From Octopus sinensis (taxonomy: Eukaryota): a stretch of 64,000 bases of DNA. The stretch covers positions 209,002,001 through 209,066,000 of the forward strand of contig NC_042997.1 in assembly GCF_006345805.1 (NCBI RefSeq), read 5' to 3'. Position numbers and translations under genes: made by a program. The notes under the pieces are model-generated. The model worked only from the letters and a program-made list of their open reading frames with translations. It searched no databases and was not told the DNA's origin. This document shows, in pieces, positions 63,979 to 64,000 of this stretch (its first letter is position 1; each line of letters begins with the position of its first letter).

Positions 63979-64000
63979 CTACACAGTTAAACCACCTCTG

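Overview
A repeat-dense, AT-rich eukaryotic window. The SINE families, microsatellite load and Penelope/CR1/RTE relics point to an octopus (coleoid cephalopod); this is inferred, not searched. Almost all ORFs in the supplied track are microsatellite or SINE artefacts. One convincing host coding exon is visible and is missing from the track: 32643-32818 (+), reading MSDLISLL...KPGGYPPDILL...KLECGI followed by TG|gtgagt. It looks like the start of a TRAF-type RING protein, followed by an intron that apparently runs past the window end. The rest is transposon-derived: five SINE families, CR1-, RTE- and Dong/R4-like LINE fragments, Penelope-like (GIY-YIG) pieces, mariner/Tc1 relics, two Helitrons, a solo LTR and MITEs. 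The most notable structures are a near-perfect 785-bp fold-back palindrome built on a LINE 3' end, a U6 snRNA retrocopy fused to the 3' tail shared by a CR1-like LINE and a SINE, six hammerhead-ribozyme-like cores, and a SINE family with constant 15-bp TSDs and self-insertion. I found no convincing wholly new protein-coding system.
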